Of a DNA stretch of 64,000 nucleotides, positions 13,041-25,267 are shown piece after piece. A model generated the notes under the pieces. That model did not search any database. It saw only the letters and a program-made list of their open reading frames with translations, and was not told where the DNA came from. Each line of letters opens with the position of its first letter. Position 1 is the first letter of the stretch. The DNA lies in NCBI GenBank assembly GCA_024679065.1, contig JAGIQG010000001.1:92628001-92692000 (forward strand). The letters are read 5' to 3'. The translations under genes and the position numbers were made by a program. The stretch is from Sphyrna mokarran. Taxonomy: Eukaryota.

Positions 13041-14056
13041 TTATGCCCTCCTTACAGCATAATTTCCAACATTACTTTGTATTGTCTGTTACATTCTTCC
13101 TTTCTTCAAATTGTAACAATGATATACAAGAATTGATGAAACAATGATGTGTGTTTATTAATGAAAAAATAATGTGCATTCTTTATTTGAAGATAGGACT
13201 TTATGCAGAAAATGTTCACTGAGAGACTGCGGCATATATCTGATCTCAACCACTGGTACTTACAGATTGCCTACAAGTTATGGGATGAATATATTGTATC
13301 CTGTCAGGATATTGATTGACAGCAGTTTAAGATATATTCCCTTAATGGTGTGTGCCATCATATCAAAACATCCTGTTTTCTTTCCAAACAAACACTTATT
13401 CTTAAAGAATCAAACTATTTACATGAAACTAAAAGTTTGAATGTATTTTATGTCTGAATGTATTTTACCATAAGAGTAATACACCTATAAGGCTCTGAAT
13501 CGTATTGGTGTTTTTTTTAATGTGCCGCCTTAGTAATGGCTTTCTTTTGTGGAGACTGATGGACATTTTCAGAATGCTGGTTAGGGATGCTTTGTGTTGC
13601 ATATTAGACCATGTTTTTGTTATTTGGTGTTCCTGGTTATGGAACTATTGGTATCTGTTATATCACATTATCACTTCACTTGGTGTCCGCACATGATATT
13701 TTCCTGGAATTCCAGGTGCTGAAATGCTTAGGCAACTGAAGATGTGACTAACATTGGTGGAGCAGTTAAAACTAGGGATGTTTACAAAACCAGAATTGGG
13801 GGATTTGATTTTGATTTATTATTGTCACACGTATTATCATACAGTGAAAAGTATTGTTTCTTGCACGATACACAGACAAAAGATACCATTCATAGAGAGG
13901 GAAACGAGAGTGCAGAATGTAGTGTTACAGTCATAGCTAGCGTGTAGAGAAAGATCAACTTAATGCAAGGTAAATCCATTCAAAAGTCTAACAGCAGCAG
14001 GGAAAAAGCTGTTCTTGAGTCAATTGGTATGTGACCTCAGACTTCTGTATTTTCTT

Positions 14057-14514
14057 CAAAGAACAAAGAACAAAGAACAAAACAGCATGGGAAACAGACC
14101 CTTCAGCCCAACGAGCCCGCGCTGCCACCCCGATGTTCCCACCTCTACCTGCGATCCCTGTCCATGTTTATAGATCTATGGATTAAAAAGCAAATTTTAG
14201 ACAATTTAGGGAGAAATTGTTTTGCCAATTAGCCTAAGAGCACATCTTTGGGATGTGGGAAGAAACTGGAGCGCCCAGAGAAAACCCACGCAAGCCCGGG
14301 GAGAATGCGCAAACTCCCACAGACACAGGCCCAAATCCATGTATCTGCACAGCATAGCGATAGTCACTGAGCTGTCGTGTTGCCCATCAAATGGTCCAGG
14401 TCAAGCGTACACTAACGACGTGAAGCACTAGGATACTCTCAAAAAAGATCCAAGAGCAGCCCTCTCATGACCCATCACGTGTATGCCCCTCGTTAGACAA
14501 CAAGGTGGACCAAA
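14057..14514 (-). mobile_element. Composite V-domain SINE with atypical structured 5' module, copy A
   Basis: Minus strand order: ~120-nt novel head, diverged HE1 head (gggcaacacgacagctcagtgactatcgct), V-domain (gtctgtgggagtttgcgcattctccccgggcttgcgtggg), HER1-like tail, (gttcttt)3; colinear with 63450-63900 (11 mismatches in one 80-nt block counted). Confidence 0.85.
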
Positions 14515-15525
14515 TTGAACTTAGAGCAATTGAACTTACAGCAAATTGAACTTAGCTGTAAGGTGGTATACATGATTAATCAAGCAAAGTTAAAATCTAA
14601 TGTCATCCATCCATTAATAGCTCAACAAATAAAGTCCCAGGTGTGGTTGCTGATCTCAACTAGGGCAACAATGTGCAAGTGATCTCAGCATCACTGGAGA
14701 AGAACAAAAAGAGGTGAAAGATTTGTGGAGGAAAATCCAGTACGCTTTGTGTCTGTTATCAATGTGGTGACAACTCTGTCAAAGTGGATGCCTTGACAAC
14801 AAGATCAGATTGGTAGCAATTCTAAATAAACTTACAAGTGGAGAAGCCATTTGTATATCATAGACACAGCGCTTTAGCATAAGTTACTTCAGAAAAAAAG
14901 GGACAAGAGAAGAAAACTGGATAAAAATTAATATATTTGGAGCACTAATTTTGAAAAGATTAGGATATAGATTGCATCACCTTGAAAGGACTTCTTTGTT
15001 TAAGTGTGGACGGTCCTCACCTTGCATGTTTAAAGAATTCAACGTGTGCATCGTGGTCTTCGGCATTTCAGAATGATCTCCCTGGTTGGGCAGCAGGGGC
15101 ACCAGATGCCTTTGTCTTCTTCCCAAAGGAAGAAAATGGAAGAGAGAATGTCTGAGATGTGTGGGGTCCTTGATTATGCTGGCTGCCTTATCAAGGCAGC
15201 GGGAAGTATGGACAGGGTTAATGGATGGGAGGCTGGTCTGCATGATGGATTGGACTACATTCATTTTGTAGATTCTTGTGGTTTCGGACAGTGCAGGAGC
15301 TACACCAAGCTGTGATACAACCAGAAAGAATGCTTTCAATGGTGCATCTGTAAAAGTTGGTGAGAATCGTGGCTGACATGCCAAATTTCCTTAGGCTTCT
15401 GAGAATGTTGGTAGGCTTTCTTAACTATAGTGTCGGCAATAGTGGGACCAAGACAGGTTGTTGATTATCTGGACACTTAAAAACATGAAGCTCTTGACCC
15501 TTCCTACTTTGTCCTCATTGATGTA

Positions 15526-15720
15526 CCAATTTTAAATCCAACCAATTTATTTCATACTAAATCTGCGAGCTTTCGACTTTTGTCTTCGCCAGGCAAATAG
15601 GTATTTGCCTCTTGAAAGCTCGCAGATTTACTATCAAATAAATCGGTTGGATTTAAAATTGGTGTTGCCAAATTCTTACTGAGTTTACCCCAGTCCAACG
15701 CCGGCATCTTTACATCATGA
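15526..15720. mobile_element. Penelope pLTR insertion with head-to-head inverted duplication and 12-bp TSD
   Basis: 15526-15599 is the reverse complement of 15602-15662 apart from a core deletion in the right arm; TSD ctcattgatgta at 15514-15525 and 15721-15732. Confidence 0.85.
15561..15598 (-). ncRNA. Minimal hammerhead ribozyme motif with one core substitution
   Basis: atttgc-CTGGCGA-a-gac(aaaa)gtc-GAAA-gcTC-gcagat; 6-bp stem I, core CUGA changed to CUGG. Confidence 0.55.
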
Positions 15721-18700
15721 CTCATTGATGTAGACAGGGGCATGTTCTCCTTTATGCTTCCTGAAGTCGATGGCAATCTTCTTTGTTTTGTTGACGTTGA
15801 GGGAGAGATTATTGTTGCTGCACCAGTTCACCAGATTCTCTGTCTCATTCCTGTAGTGCAGATATCTTGAATGGTCGTGGGTTACAGAACTTAGAGACAG
15901 AGAGAGGAAAGTCCACTGATGAATTTGAAAACAAAAATGAGAATGACAAAATGGAAGTGTTGCTTGACCAGGAAATTACACAGGTCAATGAGCAGAGAGG
16001 TGAAGGGTGAACAGAACTTGGTTCTCACTGATCAATTCAATATTCTTTAAACATTTGTCACTCTCTCGTAAATTTTAGATTCCAATAACTTCCCCACAAA
16101 ATTGTTAGAATAGCAAGTGTATGATTTATTATATTTTTTCTCACCTCTCTTATATGCAATATTTACCATTAAGGGGTTCACTTTTTCCTCAATAATGCAG
16201 TGACGAGTTTTACTATTAACTTGCAAGTATGAAGATGATTGACAACCCAATGCAGTCAAACAATAGGAGAAAACAGAAAATCACTTGAAGAGGAGAGGCA
16301 AAGTGACAGGAAGACTGACATATTGGCCTTCGTTGGTACATCCTCCCATCACTTTTAAACGGACACTGTTTTTCTGAAAATCTGATTTAAGTGCCAATAC
16401 CTCTTGTGATGCTGCTGTGTTTAGAAACTAAAGTAGATCTAATAACACGTTCACAGTTTTCTGAGTTGCAGAGGAGGCCAAAATGATCAGGTCTCCTTAT
16501 CAGATTTGGATTATATGAAAATCAAGGCCAAATGACAAGATGTAAGATTCACAAAACACAGAAAGATGAAGAACGATAAGAAGATTACATGACAGTTATT
16601 ATTTGTCTACTAGCTTTTCTAATTATCTTCACCTATGCAGAATTCAGGTGTCATTACTAACCAAAAGTTATTGACTTTTGTAACCAGAGATCATTTGCAA
16701 ACCATCTGGTGTACAAGTGGGTGAACATCTATTAATAATGATCAAATTTTAACTTTCTTTTGGCTAATTACAGTCGTATAATGGACCTTCAAAATAGCAA
16801 CTGCAAGTATATAAAATAACATAATTATTAAAGCAAATCTGTAGATAGATTTTAAGCTCATGTTAAATAGAATCCCTGAGACCTTGATGCACTTTTTAAA
16901 AAAAATACACCACATATAGATTTAAATACTATACTCACTGCCGTATCAGTAATACATTTCCTTCTGTTTCACCAGTGAACTCAGATAATATTGATAGGGC
17001 AAACTCTAAATAGAGGTAATTCCATTGTACTGCTCTGTAGCCAACAATGGGCTTCTTTATTTTCTGCTATTTTGGATCCTACACAGTAATAGCTGTTTCA
17101 GTTCCTTGCAGTAACTTTTTCAGTAAGCCACATTTAGGGAGGCACTAGCACTGGCAAGAGTCAAAAAAAATGGCAGTTGGCAGGTTGATGGTTTATGATT
17201 GGTAGAACAGGAAGTCCACATAGTGTTGGCAAGCTGCCTAATAGGCTGGCACATGCTTGTGATATGCTGGGCGGACTGCCTGCAAAGCATTGGCTCAGTA
17301 CCATCTTGTCATGATGTTAAGGGAAATGATTGGCTATATATCCAGGAATAGCTGGTCAAATGTCATCTATAGTTGCTGTGGTTCACCAAAAATTGATCCA
17401 AAGGAAAATTATATTTAAACATATAAATGCTGATCGAGTTGGATTGAATAAAATGTAGAGGATTAAATGACTTCCATGAAGTGCTTATCTCTGAGCTTTA
17501 TCCATGCAGTTTGTTTGCCACCTGAACCCTTATGTAAGATTACCAACTATAATCTTCTGGCAACAATTCAGTATCTTTTCCAGAATATTGAATTTCAATC
17601 AATTTTTCTCCTTTTCTGCTGTCATTGGTTAATGACGGAGCCTGAGAGAACATCATATTTTGGATGGTGTGTGAAAAAGAAATTCACAAAGCCAAAATTG
17701 GTGTTATGATTTTGGTGGAGGTCAGTAGCTTTGTTAGTTTATTTTCAGAATCCAAGATTCAATTATTCACCAGAAGAACAGAGCAACAAGGGTCACACTT
17801 CAAATAAAATAATTTAACCACACAAAAATCAAAGAATATGAATGACACTGACTATATTCTACCTTGAATAGTCAATTATGCTAAAGGTAGTAAAAATTCA
17901 ATGAACAAAATTACTTATACAAATCAAAATTTATATTTCGTTTTCTTTTTCTAAACCCTTACCTAAACGCTGTGAACTTGTATCTCAGAAACTCAAATCA
18001 AATATTTATCTGAACTTGGAAGATTATTCATTTGGATGAACTACTATGTCAACAACTTGTTTTTAGGCTTAGATTTCTTGGGCATTGTTTATTTCCAGCA
18101 AGTTTGTCCCTTCATACCTTCTCTATGGTTTCAAATTGCCAGTTCAGCAGAGGTATCTTAAGTAGAGGTACACCAGGTTAGAACGTATCTCATTCCAATA
18201 TACTATGTAATTCTGCATCCAAAACACACTCTCACTCTCTCTCTTTCTCCCTTTCTCCCCTCCAGCTTCATTATACCAGAAATTCAACTGTTGTGAGTCC
18301 TTCAGTTAGCACATGTTTTAAATCCTTTAGCCAACACCAGCACTTTTTAAAAAAAACAGAAATTAGATCCTCATTCTGAAGAAGAAAACCAGCTTGCATG
18401 AAAAATATTTTTTCTTAAAAAACACATGGGCCATCGCATAGGATAAGACTGTGCAATACCTTTCTCCGAACATCTTGTACGTATATCTAGCTGTGCTTTT
18501 GCTAGGAAATACCTTCAAACTGAAAGAGGTTCGTGTATAATTGCCCTTTGTTCAAAACCCAAACTTCAACATCACTTCAATTATAGTTATTCCACTTCAA
18601 ACCTGTCAAAAAATATAAATTGAATTTCACTACTATATTAAAAGCCATGTTGGTGACCTATAGCTGTGCTGCTGGGGATATTAGATGCAAACCCCAGTTT

Positions 18701-18739
18701 TAGTACTTTTGTCTTACCAACATTCAGATGCAGCCCTCA

Positions 18740-19450
18740 GGCTCAATTCATTTCCTTGAATAGGTCAAGGGGCCTGTAGGTCTTTCTCTGTGTGCACCAC
18801 GATAACACAGCCATCCGTATATTGGATATTTGTTATGGTTGTGCACAAGACTTTAGTCTTCACTTTCTCATTGAACCTGTACTCAATTAGACCCTGGGTG
18901 GGAAGGTGTCACCGACATGTCAGAAATGGCCACAAGGGAAGTTGGCAAAAAAAGTAGACGCAGGCATCCATCCTTGTGTGATGCCAGTTCTGGTGGAAAG
19001 GTATCGGAATCCAGTCCTTTGCAGAGAATGGTAGCAGTCATTTTGTCAAGGAGAAAGTGCTCAACCTCAACGTATTTCCCCAGAGAGTTTATGTGGCCTA
19101 AGATCTTCCAGAGGGCTTCCTGGTTGGCTGAGTCAAAGGTCTTTGCCAGATTGATGAAGATCACAGAGGGGGCTTGGTTTTGCTTACGTTATTTCTCTTG
19201 GATCAGGTAAACTGCAAAGGTCCATTGTGCCTCCTAATGCTCCAAAACAAACTTTAGGATTCCAGGATAGTTTCTGCACACCTGGTGACAGTTGACACTT
19301 GTTATCTTGATAGCCATATCAAGTATGATATGACTTGATAGCCGGTCAGTGACTACAGACTTGGAGATCCTGCACAGTATCCAATGCATGAGCCCTTCCT
19401 TTGGGGAGCCGCTCGACTCAATTTTAGTAACTACCAACTGCCCACAGATG
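18740..19450 (-). mobile_element. Decayed RTE LINE RT fragment
   Basis: MIFINLAKTFDSANQEALWKILG, matching the RTE motif FIDLxKAFDxVxRxALWxIL. Confidence 0.75.
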
Positions 19451-19896
19451 GATATAAAGATCATAGTCAAAAAAAGGCAGTTGTCCTTCTAACATTTCTC
19501 TATAGCTGCAAAAGTTGAGTGATGTATCACTGATACCTGAGAAAATTCAAGATTTCCTTTCTGTTCTGCCTCTTCAAATACTCATCTCCATTTCCACTAC
19601 AAGATGCAATAGTTTCTATTTGAACATTTAATTGTGAAGAAAGCATATACTATTCTCACTGTATACAAAAATCTCATTTAACCTTTAGTGCTCATTCACT
19701 TAATAACAAATTTAGTACTCAATTAAAGGAAATAATCTTTCCTTATTCATGAGCAAGCACCCTCATGATTTTGAAAATTTCTATTGTGCTTTCTCTTTGG
19801 CTTCTTTACTCTAACATAAATTGTCCTAAAACATTGTTTCTTCTCATAACTATAATTTTCTTCGCCTGATATCCAGATGAATTTAAAGGTTATAAA

Positions 19897-20018
19897 ATTT
19901 ATTTATCAGTCACAAGTAAGGCTTATATTAACACTGAAACAGAGTTATTGTGAAATTCCCCTAGTCGCCACATGCTGGCGCCTGTTCAGGTCAATGCACC
20001 TAACCGGCACATCTTTCA
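19897..20018 (-). mobile_element. 3' part of HE1-like SINE with the alternative tail
   Basis: Reverse complement aacaggcgccagcatgtggcgactaggggaatttcac...cttgtgactgataaataaa matches the tail of 49178-49470. Confidence 0.7.
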
Positions 20019-20177
20019 AATGTTAATTTACATGTAATATTCTGTGCTTTTTATGATCTTAATATAATGAGGTGACCCAACTACTAGCCAGTACTGTAGC
20101 TGTGTCCTAACAATTAATCTGTATGAATTAATTGTTACATTGTTATACTTGAAGTTTATTGCCTTCTTTACAAAACC

Positions 20178-20472
20178 TGGCATGGTGCACAATGGTTAGC
20201 ATTGCTGCCCCAAAGTGCCAGGGACCTGGTTTCGATTCCTGGCTTGGAATTTGGAGTTTGCAGCTTCTCTCTGTGTCTGTGTGGGTTTCCTCCAGCTGCT
20301 CCAGTTTCCTTCCACAGTCCAAAGATGTGTGAGTTAGATGGATTGGCTATGCTAAGTTGTCCCTTATTTTCGGAGGATAAGCTCGGGTGAAATGCATGGG
20401 GGTTATGGGATAGGGCTTGGGTGGGACGGTGGCCAAATGGCCCCCTTCTGCCCTGTAGGATTCTATGATTCT
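20178..20472 (+). mobile_element. HE1-type V-SINE
   Basis: tRNA-derived head (tggtgcacaatggttagc..ggtttcgattcc), V-domain, HER1-like tail ending ttctatgattc. Confidence 0.85.
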
Positions 20473-22889
20473 CCTGGTCTTAATACAGCTTGATCTCCTT
20501 AACTGAGCTTCAGGGAATTATGAATTTGAACACTTAGATTTTTCTATTCATCAGCATCCTTCAGTATTTTCCCTGTGCGTGTTTGTTCCCATTACCTGCT
20601 TTCCCTCCCTAAAGTGACATTACCTCACCACCTGCACACATGAAACTGAACTTGTCTTCTATTTGTTATTCCAGCACATCAGGTTTGTTTTACTGGGTGC
20701 CAATGTCAGATTGCAGGAGGAAGATAGACTGGCAGAAGGAACAGATTTATGACAGATGCAGTTGAATGTGGAAAAAAAGTGAAATAATGCATTAGGATCA
20801 AAGAATAAGAAAGAGAAATCTATCTTCAAGAACAAGGCTGCAGAAATAACGTGGCAGCAGTACTAACCACTGTACTATGTACCACCCAAAAAATAAATAG
20901 ACAATAAAATAGTTTTGCTTTAATCATCCTTTTCCTGCAAGTAAATTATGAAATAAACCATGAAATCTTGCCTGTAGATCCTACCTTCCTGCATATGTTT
21001 GCACATATGATGCTATTGAATAGTGCTTGAATAATGATAGGCTTGGTAGGCCATACAGACCATCTCTGCTCCTATTTCTAATATTTTTGTTTTCTTGTAC
21101 ACCCTCCAAAGACATGGAAAATGATGCATAGAAAGCAAAAAAAAGGATTTCATGAACTCTAGAATTGCAAAGTGCATCACAACCAATGAGGTACTTTTAA
21201 AATGTAGTCATTGTTGCAATGTATAATAAATAATGATTTATAATCTTTCACTGGAATGATAACTGTACAGCAGACCAAAAACTCCCAGTTTGGCAAATTC
21301 AACCCATCATTGAAACAACATTCACTTTTTAACATTTAATTTAAAATACTAGCAAGTATAAAGAATTCAGCTCAAATGCATAATACAACATTTTCTTCAA
21401 ATATTCAGACGCAATTGAGCACCATCCAAGTATATTGTTATCAAATTCAGGCTAAAGGTACGAAGAGAGAAGAACAATAAAAACCAGCAAAGAAAACAAG
21501 CAGCTGACAAGCTAAACTAGATCCCAGTTCTTTAGTTTATCTAGTAGTAGCATAGAGTGTAATCTGCCACTGAAGCAACAAACCAATATTTTAAATAATG
21601 GGCACCATATTACCCTGGGCATCTATGCTTTTGACAGTACTTAATAAAGAGGCTAAGGAATATTCAAAAACATTAACTTCTAGCTGAGAGCTGTGAGTGC
21701 TACCTCTGAACCAAGATTTAATGAAAGAAGTGATTCACATATGGGTATGAGTTAGTTTCCAGCAGATTATTTAAATCAACCTTGGTTTTAATATGTGGCC
21801 AGTCTCGAGAGTACAGAACTTTTATTCCAAAATGAGAGTTTTCACTTGTAATAAACTCAAGCTGGGCCTACCGAACAAAGATTCTGTCAGTATTTATTGC
21901 TTAGGCTTGTGGGTGCAGAATGACATTTGGATGAGGTACCACAGAGCTTCCAGAGTGTAAGGAACTCATCTTCAAGAATTTGTTGTCATCAGAAAGGAAA
22001 GGAAAACATATTGGTGAGGACAACTGAATCGAGATTGACACTTACATTGAAGTCAATATGATTGGTTATGTTGTGAAGTTATCAAAAATGTACAGACAAA
22101 TTTGGAATCAAACTGACAATTGCAAAGTAAGTAACTGTGGCTTACCAAATTATGACGACCTTGTAAATGTTGTAGTATCTAGCTGCAGAAATAAGCATTA
22201 AATTCACAAACCCTTACTCAGCACACATATACACAGAAACTGCTAGCACTCGGCACTCAATGAAAACATTAATCCTGAAAATGGTCCTACAGTGAAGCGA
22301 CAGGTTAAAACGTTGACAGAGTGCATGTTTTATGGTAAAAGCCTTTTTCAAGGTTTACATTAAACAGACACTCTGCAGTCCTTAAAATAACGTACAACAG
22401 CCTAATGAAAAAAATGAAGTTCTTTTCCTCCCCTTAGCTTTGGCCTAAATTATGTATGCTGAATTCACCTTATAAATCCCAGAAGCACAACTGTACACAC
22501 ATCTGCACATTAACCTAATCCCAAAGGGCAGTGAAGTATACATTGGGTACTTTTAAAATCTACACAAGGTTTAGCGTTTTGCTGGTATACTTGGGATAAT
22601 TGTGTTCAGGAAGAAACTCGCCTTTTGCAAACCAATGCACATCAACATAATTAAATTTCCTGCGATCACTTATTTGATTTATCTTCAGTAAGCTTCAAAT
22701 GGCAGGCATGGGAAGGGGATCAGGGTGGCAAGCGCAGTCACTCCTGCAGCTCAGAGAGATTGATGCCAATTCTCAAACTGAAAAGCCTCTTCACTCTTTT
22801 TTTATTATTCACCAATTAAATGTTATGAGCTGAGGAACTGGTGAAAAGGAATACATGAAGTAGCTTTTTCTAAACTTCTATAAATACTG

Positions 22890-23228
22890 TGGCTATACAG
22901 TGGCACAGAAGTTAGCACTGCTGCCTCGTAGTGCCAGGGTCTCAGGTTCAATTCCAGCCTTGGGTGACTGTGTGAAGTTTACACATTCTCCCTGTATCTA
23001 AGTTGGTTTCCTCTGGGTGCTCTGGTTTCCTCCCACAGTCCAAAAATGTGCAGGTTAGTAGATTGGTCTTGTGAATGATAAGTTGCCCTTTAGTTTGTAG
23101 GTTAAATGGATTAACAGAGTAAATACATGAGATTATGGTGATAGGGCCTGGCTAAAATACTCTGTCAGAGAGTCGGTGCAGGCTTGGTGGGCCATATGGC
23201 CTTCTTCTGTACTGAAGGGAATCTAGGA
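22890..23228 (+). mobile_element. HE1-type V-SINE
   Basis: gtggcacagaagttagcactgctgcctc..ggttcaattcc; gggtgctctggtttcctcccacagtccaaa; CR1-like tail. Confidence 0.85.
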
Positions 23229-24519
23229 TAAAATGGTATTTTCCCTTCCTGTTACCATCAAGGCTCTCTTCGTATAACACCACCAGAAGAAACTAAGTCA
23301 AGCAAAGGAATTCAATACCTACCATAAATGTAGTTTTGTAGTACCAGCCTGAATGAACTTTGAAAGACGAAAGACCATTATTAGTTGGTGGAAAACCAAA
23401 ATAAATACATCATCTAATTAATCTTCCCCTCAGTATTCTAAGCTCACGACAGTTTTGGCAAGAGTCACTATCACAAGAGTATTTTGTGAAGACAAAGTCA
23501 GAAATTTACAGTGAGGAAAATGTTACAGTGAGGGGTGATTCAACCAAGATGCTAAGGATAGCATGAAGAAAACTGCCTGAAACTGGGAAGGTATTCATGC
23601 GAACAATTACCAATAGCTACGAAGTAATCTGGAGTAATCTGACACCTCATAACTTGACATATTCTTCAAACATTCTTAAAGGAGGGAATCAACTTGTTCA
23701 ATTTAAGAAGGAAAGGTATTTAAAATGTAACTTTAAAGTCAGATACAAATCTAGTGAGTTTATCTCCCGACATGAAAAACACCAAAAGAAATAGTTTATG
23801 GACTGAGCTAAGCAACAACTAACTGGTCACAGCAAATTTCCGTATTCCTTCCACATCCAACCAAGAATGGTGGCCAATAATGAGGCCATATAATGAAAGT
23901 GAAACCTCCATGAATGTTCCCATCAACAAGCATAGTGTAAACCAGAGACAAGTTAATATTTGAATATGTGCGCTGCCCAAGATGCCAAGTAGGTATCGCA
24001 TTCAGCCTCTTTTTTATGTTGTTATCATCACAAACACCAATGTACAAGTTCGATTTTTGCCACGTGACATGACTGAGAGCACTGGACATAGTAAAGGCAC
24101 ATGAATATCAGAAATAGCCCTCTCCTAACCTAGCGATTTATTCCTAAACAGCTATGACACATACAAAAGAAAACGGAAAATTGACATGTATGTTGGATGC
24201 AGAAAAATCAGCACGAATCAAACCAATAGGTCAATTATTGGCCTATTAGCTGCTTCTTTTTGTCAGTAAAGTGAGATATGAATCATCTGCGGTATTATCA
24301 AGTAATAACTACTCACCAATAACCTACTCACCTATATTCTGTTCAGGTTCTACCAGAAACACTCTGCTCCAGACTTCTTCGCAGATTTGATGCATACATA
24401 GATACAAAAATGGAGGGCATGAGGAAAAATTCTCAGTGGCTGAAGTCATACGTGACACAAAAAAATTATTATTTCTTATTGTTCAGATGTTGTCCTCACA
24501 GTCTGCAAACATCCATGGG

Positions 24520-24960
24520 AATTCATTAGGTAAGCAGCTCTATGCCAGTCATCTTCAGCTGCTTCACAAATGATCTTCTGTTTATCACATGATCAGAAAT
24601 AGGGCTGTCCACCAGCAACTCCAAAGGCTTCATCATCATTCAGTACTACTATTCTTTATGATTGAAGAAGCTCTTGGTAGCAGCTAAATTCAGGGGAGGA
24701 ACTGCCTGTTAACATTTATGCCACACATATGCCAGACAATGATTATCTTCAGGATCAAAAGATCAAAGCATTTCATCCCCGCCTTCAACAGCACCATAAT
24801 TGCTAACTACCTGATCAACATCCTGGGGATCATCGGTTGTTTGTTGGAGCAGCACACAAACAACTTCACCACAGAGTAAGGGAGAAGCTGGATATTTTGC
24901 GATGAAGTTCACTGGCTGGTCAAACATTCTTGCTGTAAGCAAATACAAACTGTTGTCTGC
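24520..24960 (+). mobile_element. Old fragment of the LINE family seen at 30475-32378
   Basis: catcttcagctgcttcacaaatgatcttc and atcaacatcctgggg segments are homologous to ~31000-31340. Confidence 0.5.
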
Positions 24961-25267
24961 AGTTCTCTACTGAAATGATCTATTTCATTTTATGCAGAAC
25001 ATCAGGATCCCAAAAGAACACTGGTTTGAATATCTAATTTTTAAAAATAATCTGGACATACCTTGCCACTATGCTAATATACAAAAGATCAATGTCACAA
25101 TATTTAAACTAAAGAAAGTTCACTTAGACTGGCAAGAGAAGAACAAATACCAAGTTTATTGCTGGCTCACCTTTTATACAATGCAACTCCAGATTAATAA
25201 CTGTGCGCTTTTCACATAATCATATGTGAAACCTGTTAAACTCTGGTCAAATAGACAGAGAAATTGC

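Larger units (their letters stand above)
13803..15855 (-). mobile_element. Rex1/Babar-type LINE 3' fragment in three pieces (13803-14057, 15115-15525, 15721-15855), itself inserted in an L2 fragment
   Basis: Colinear with 9661-10340; KAASIIKDPTHLRHSLFHFLPLGRR; L2-like flanks ccagaattgggg / gtgcagatatc...gaatttgaaaacaaaaatgagaat. Confidence 0.85.

Noticed and set aside
14222-14431. Near-identical ORFs at 14222-14431 and 63607-63882 suggesting a duplicated small gene
   Set aside because: They are antisense read-throughs of the SINE V-domain with non-ATG starts
20178-20250. tRNA-like heads with A/B boxes
   Set aside because: These are SINE heads that continue into the V-domain and lack an intact cloverleaf; they are not tRNA genes
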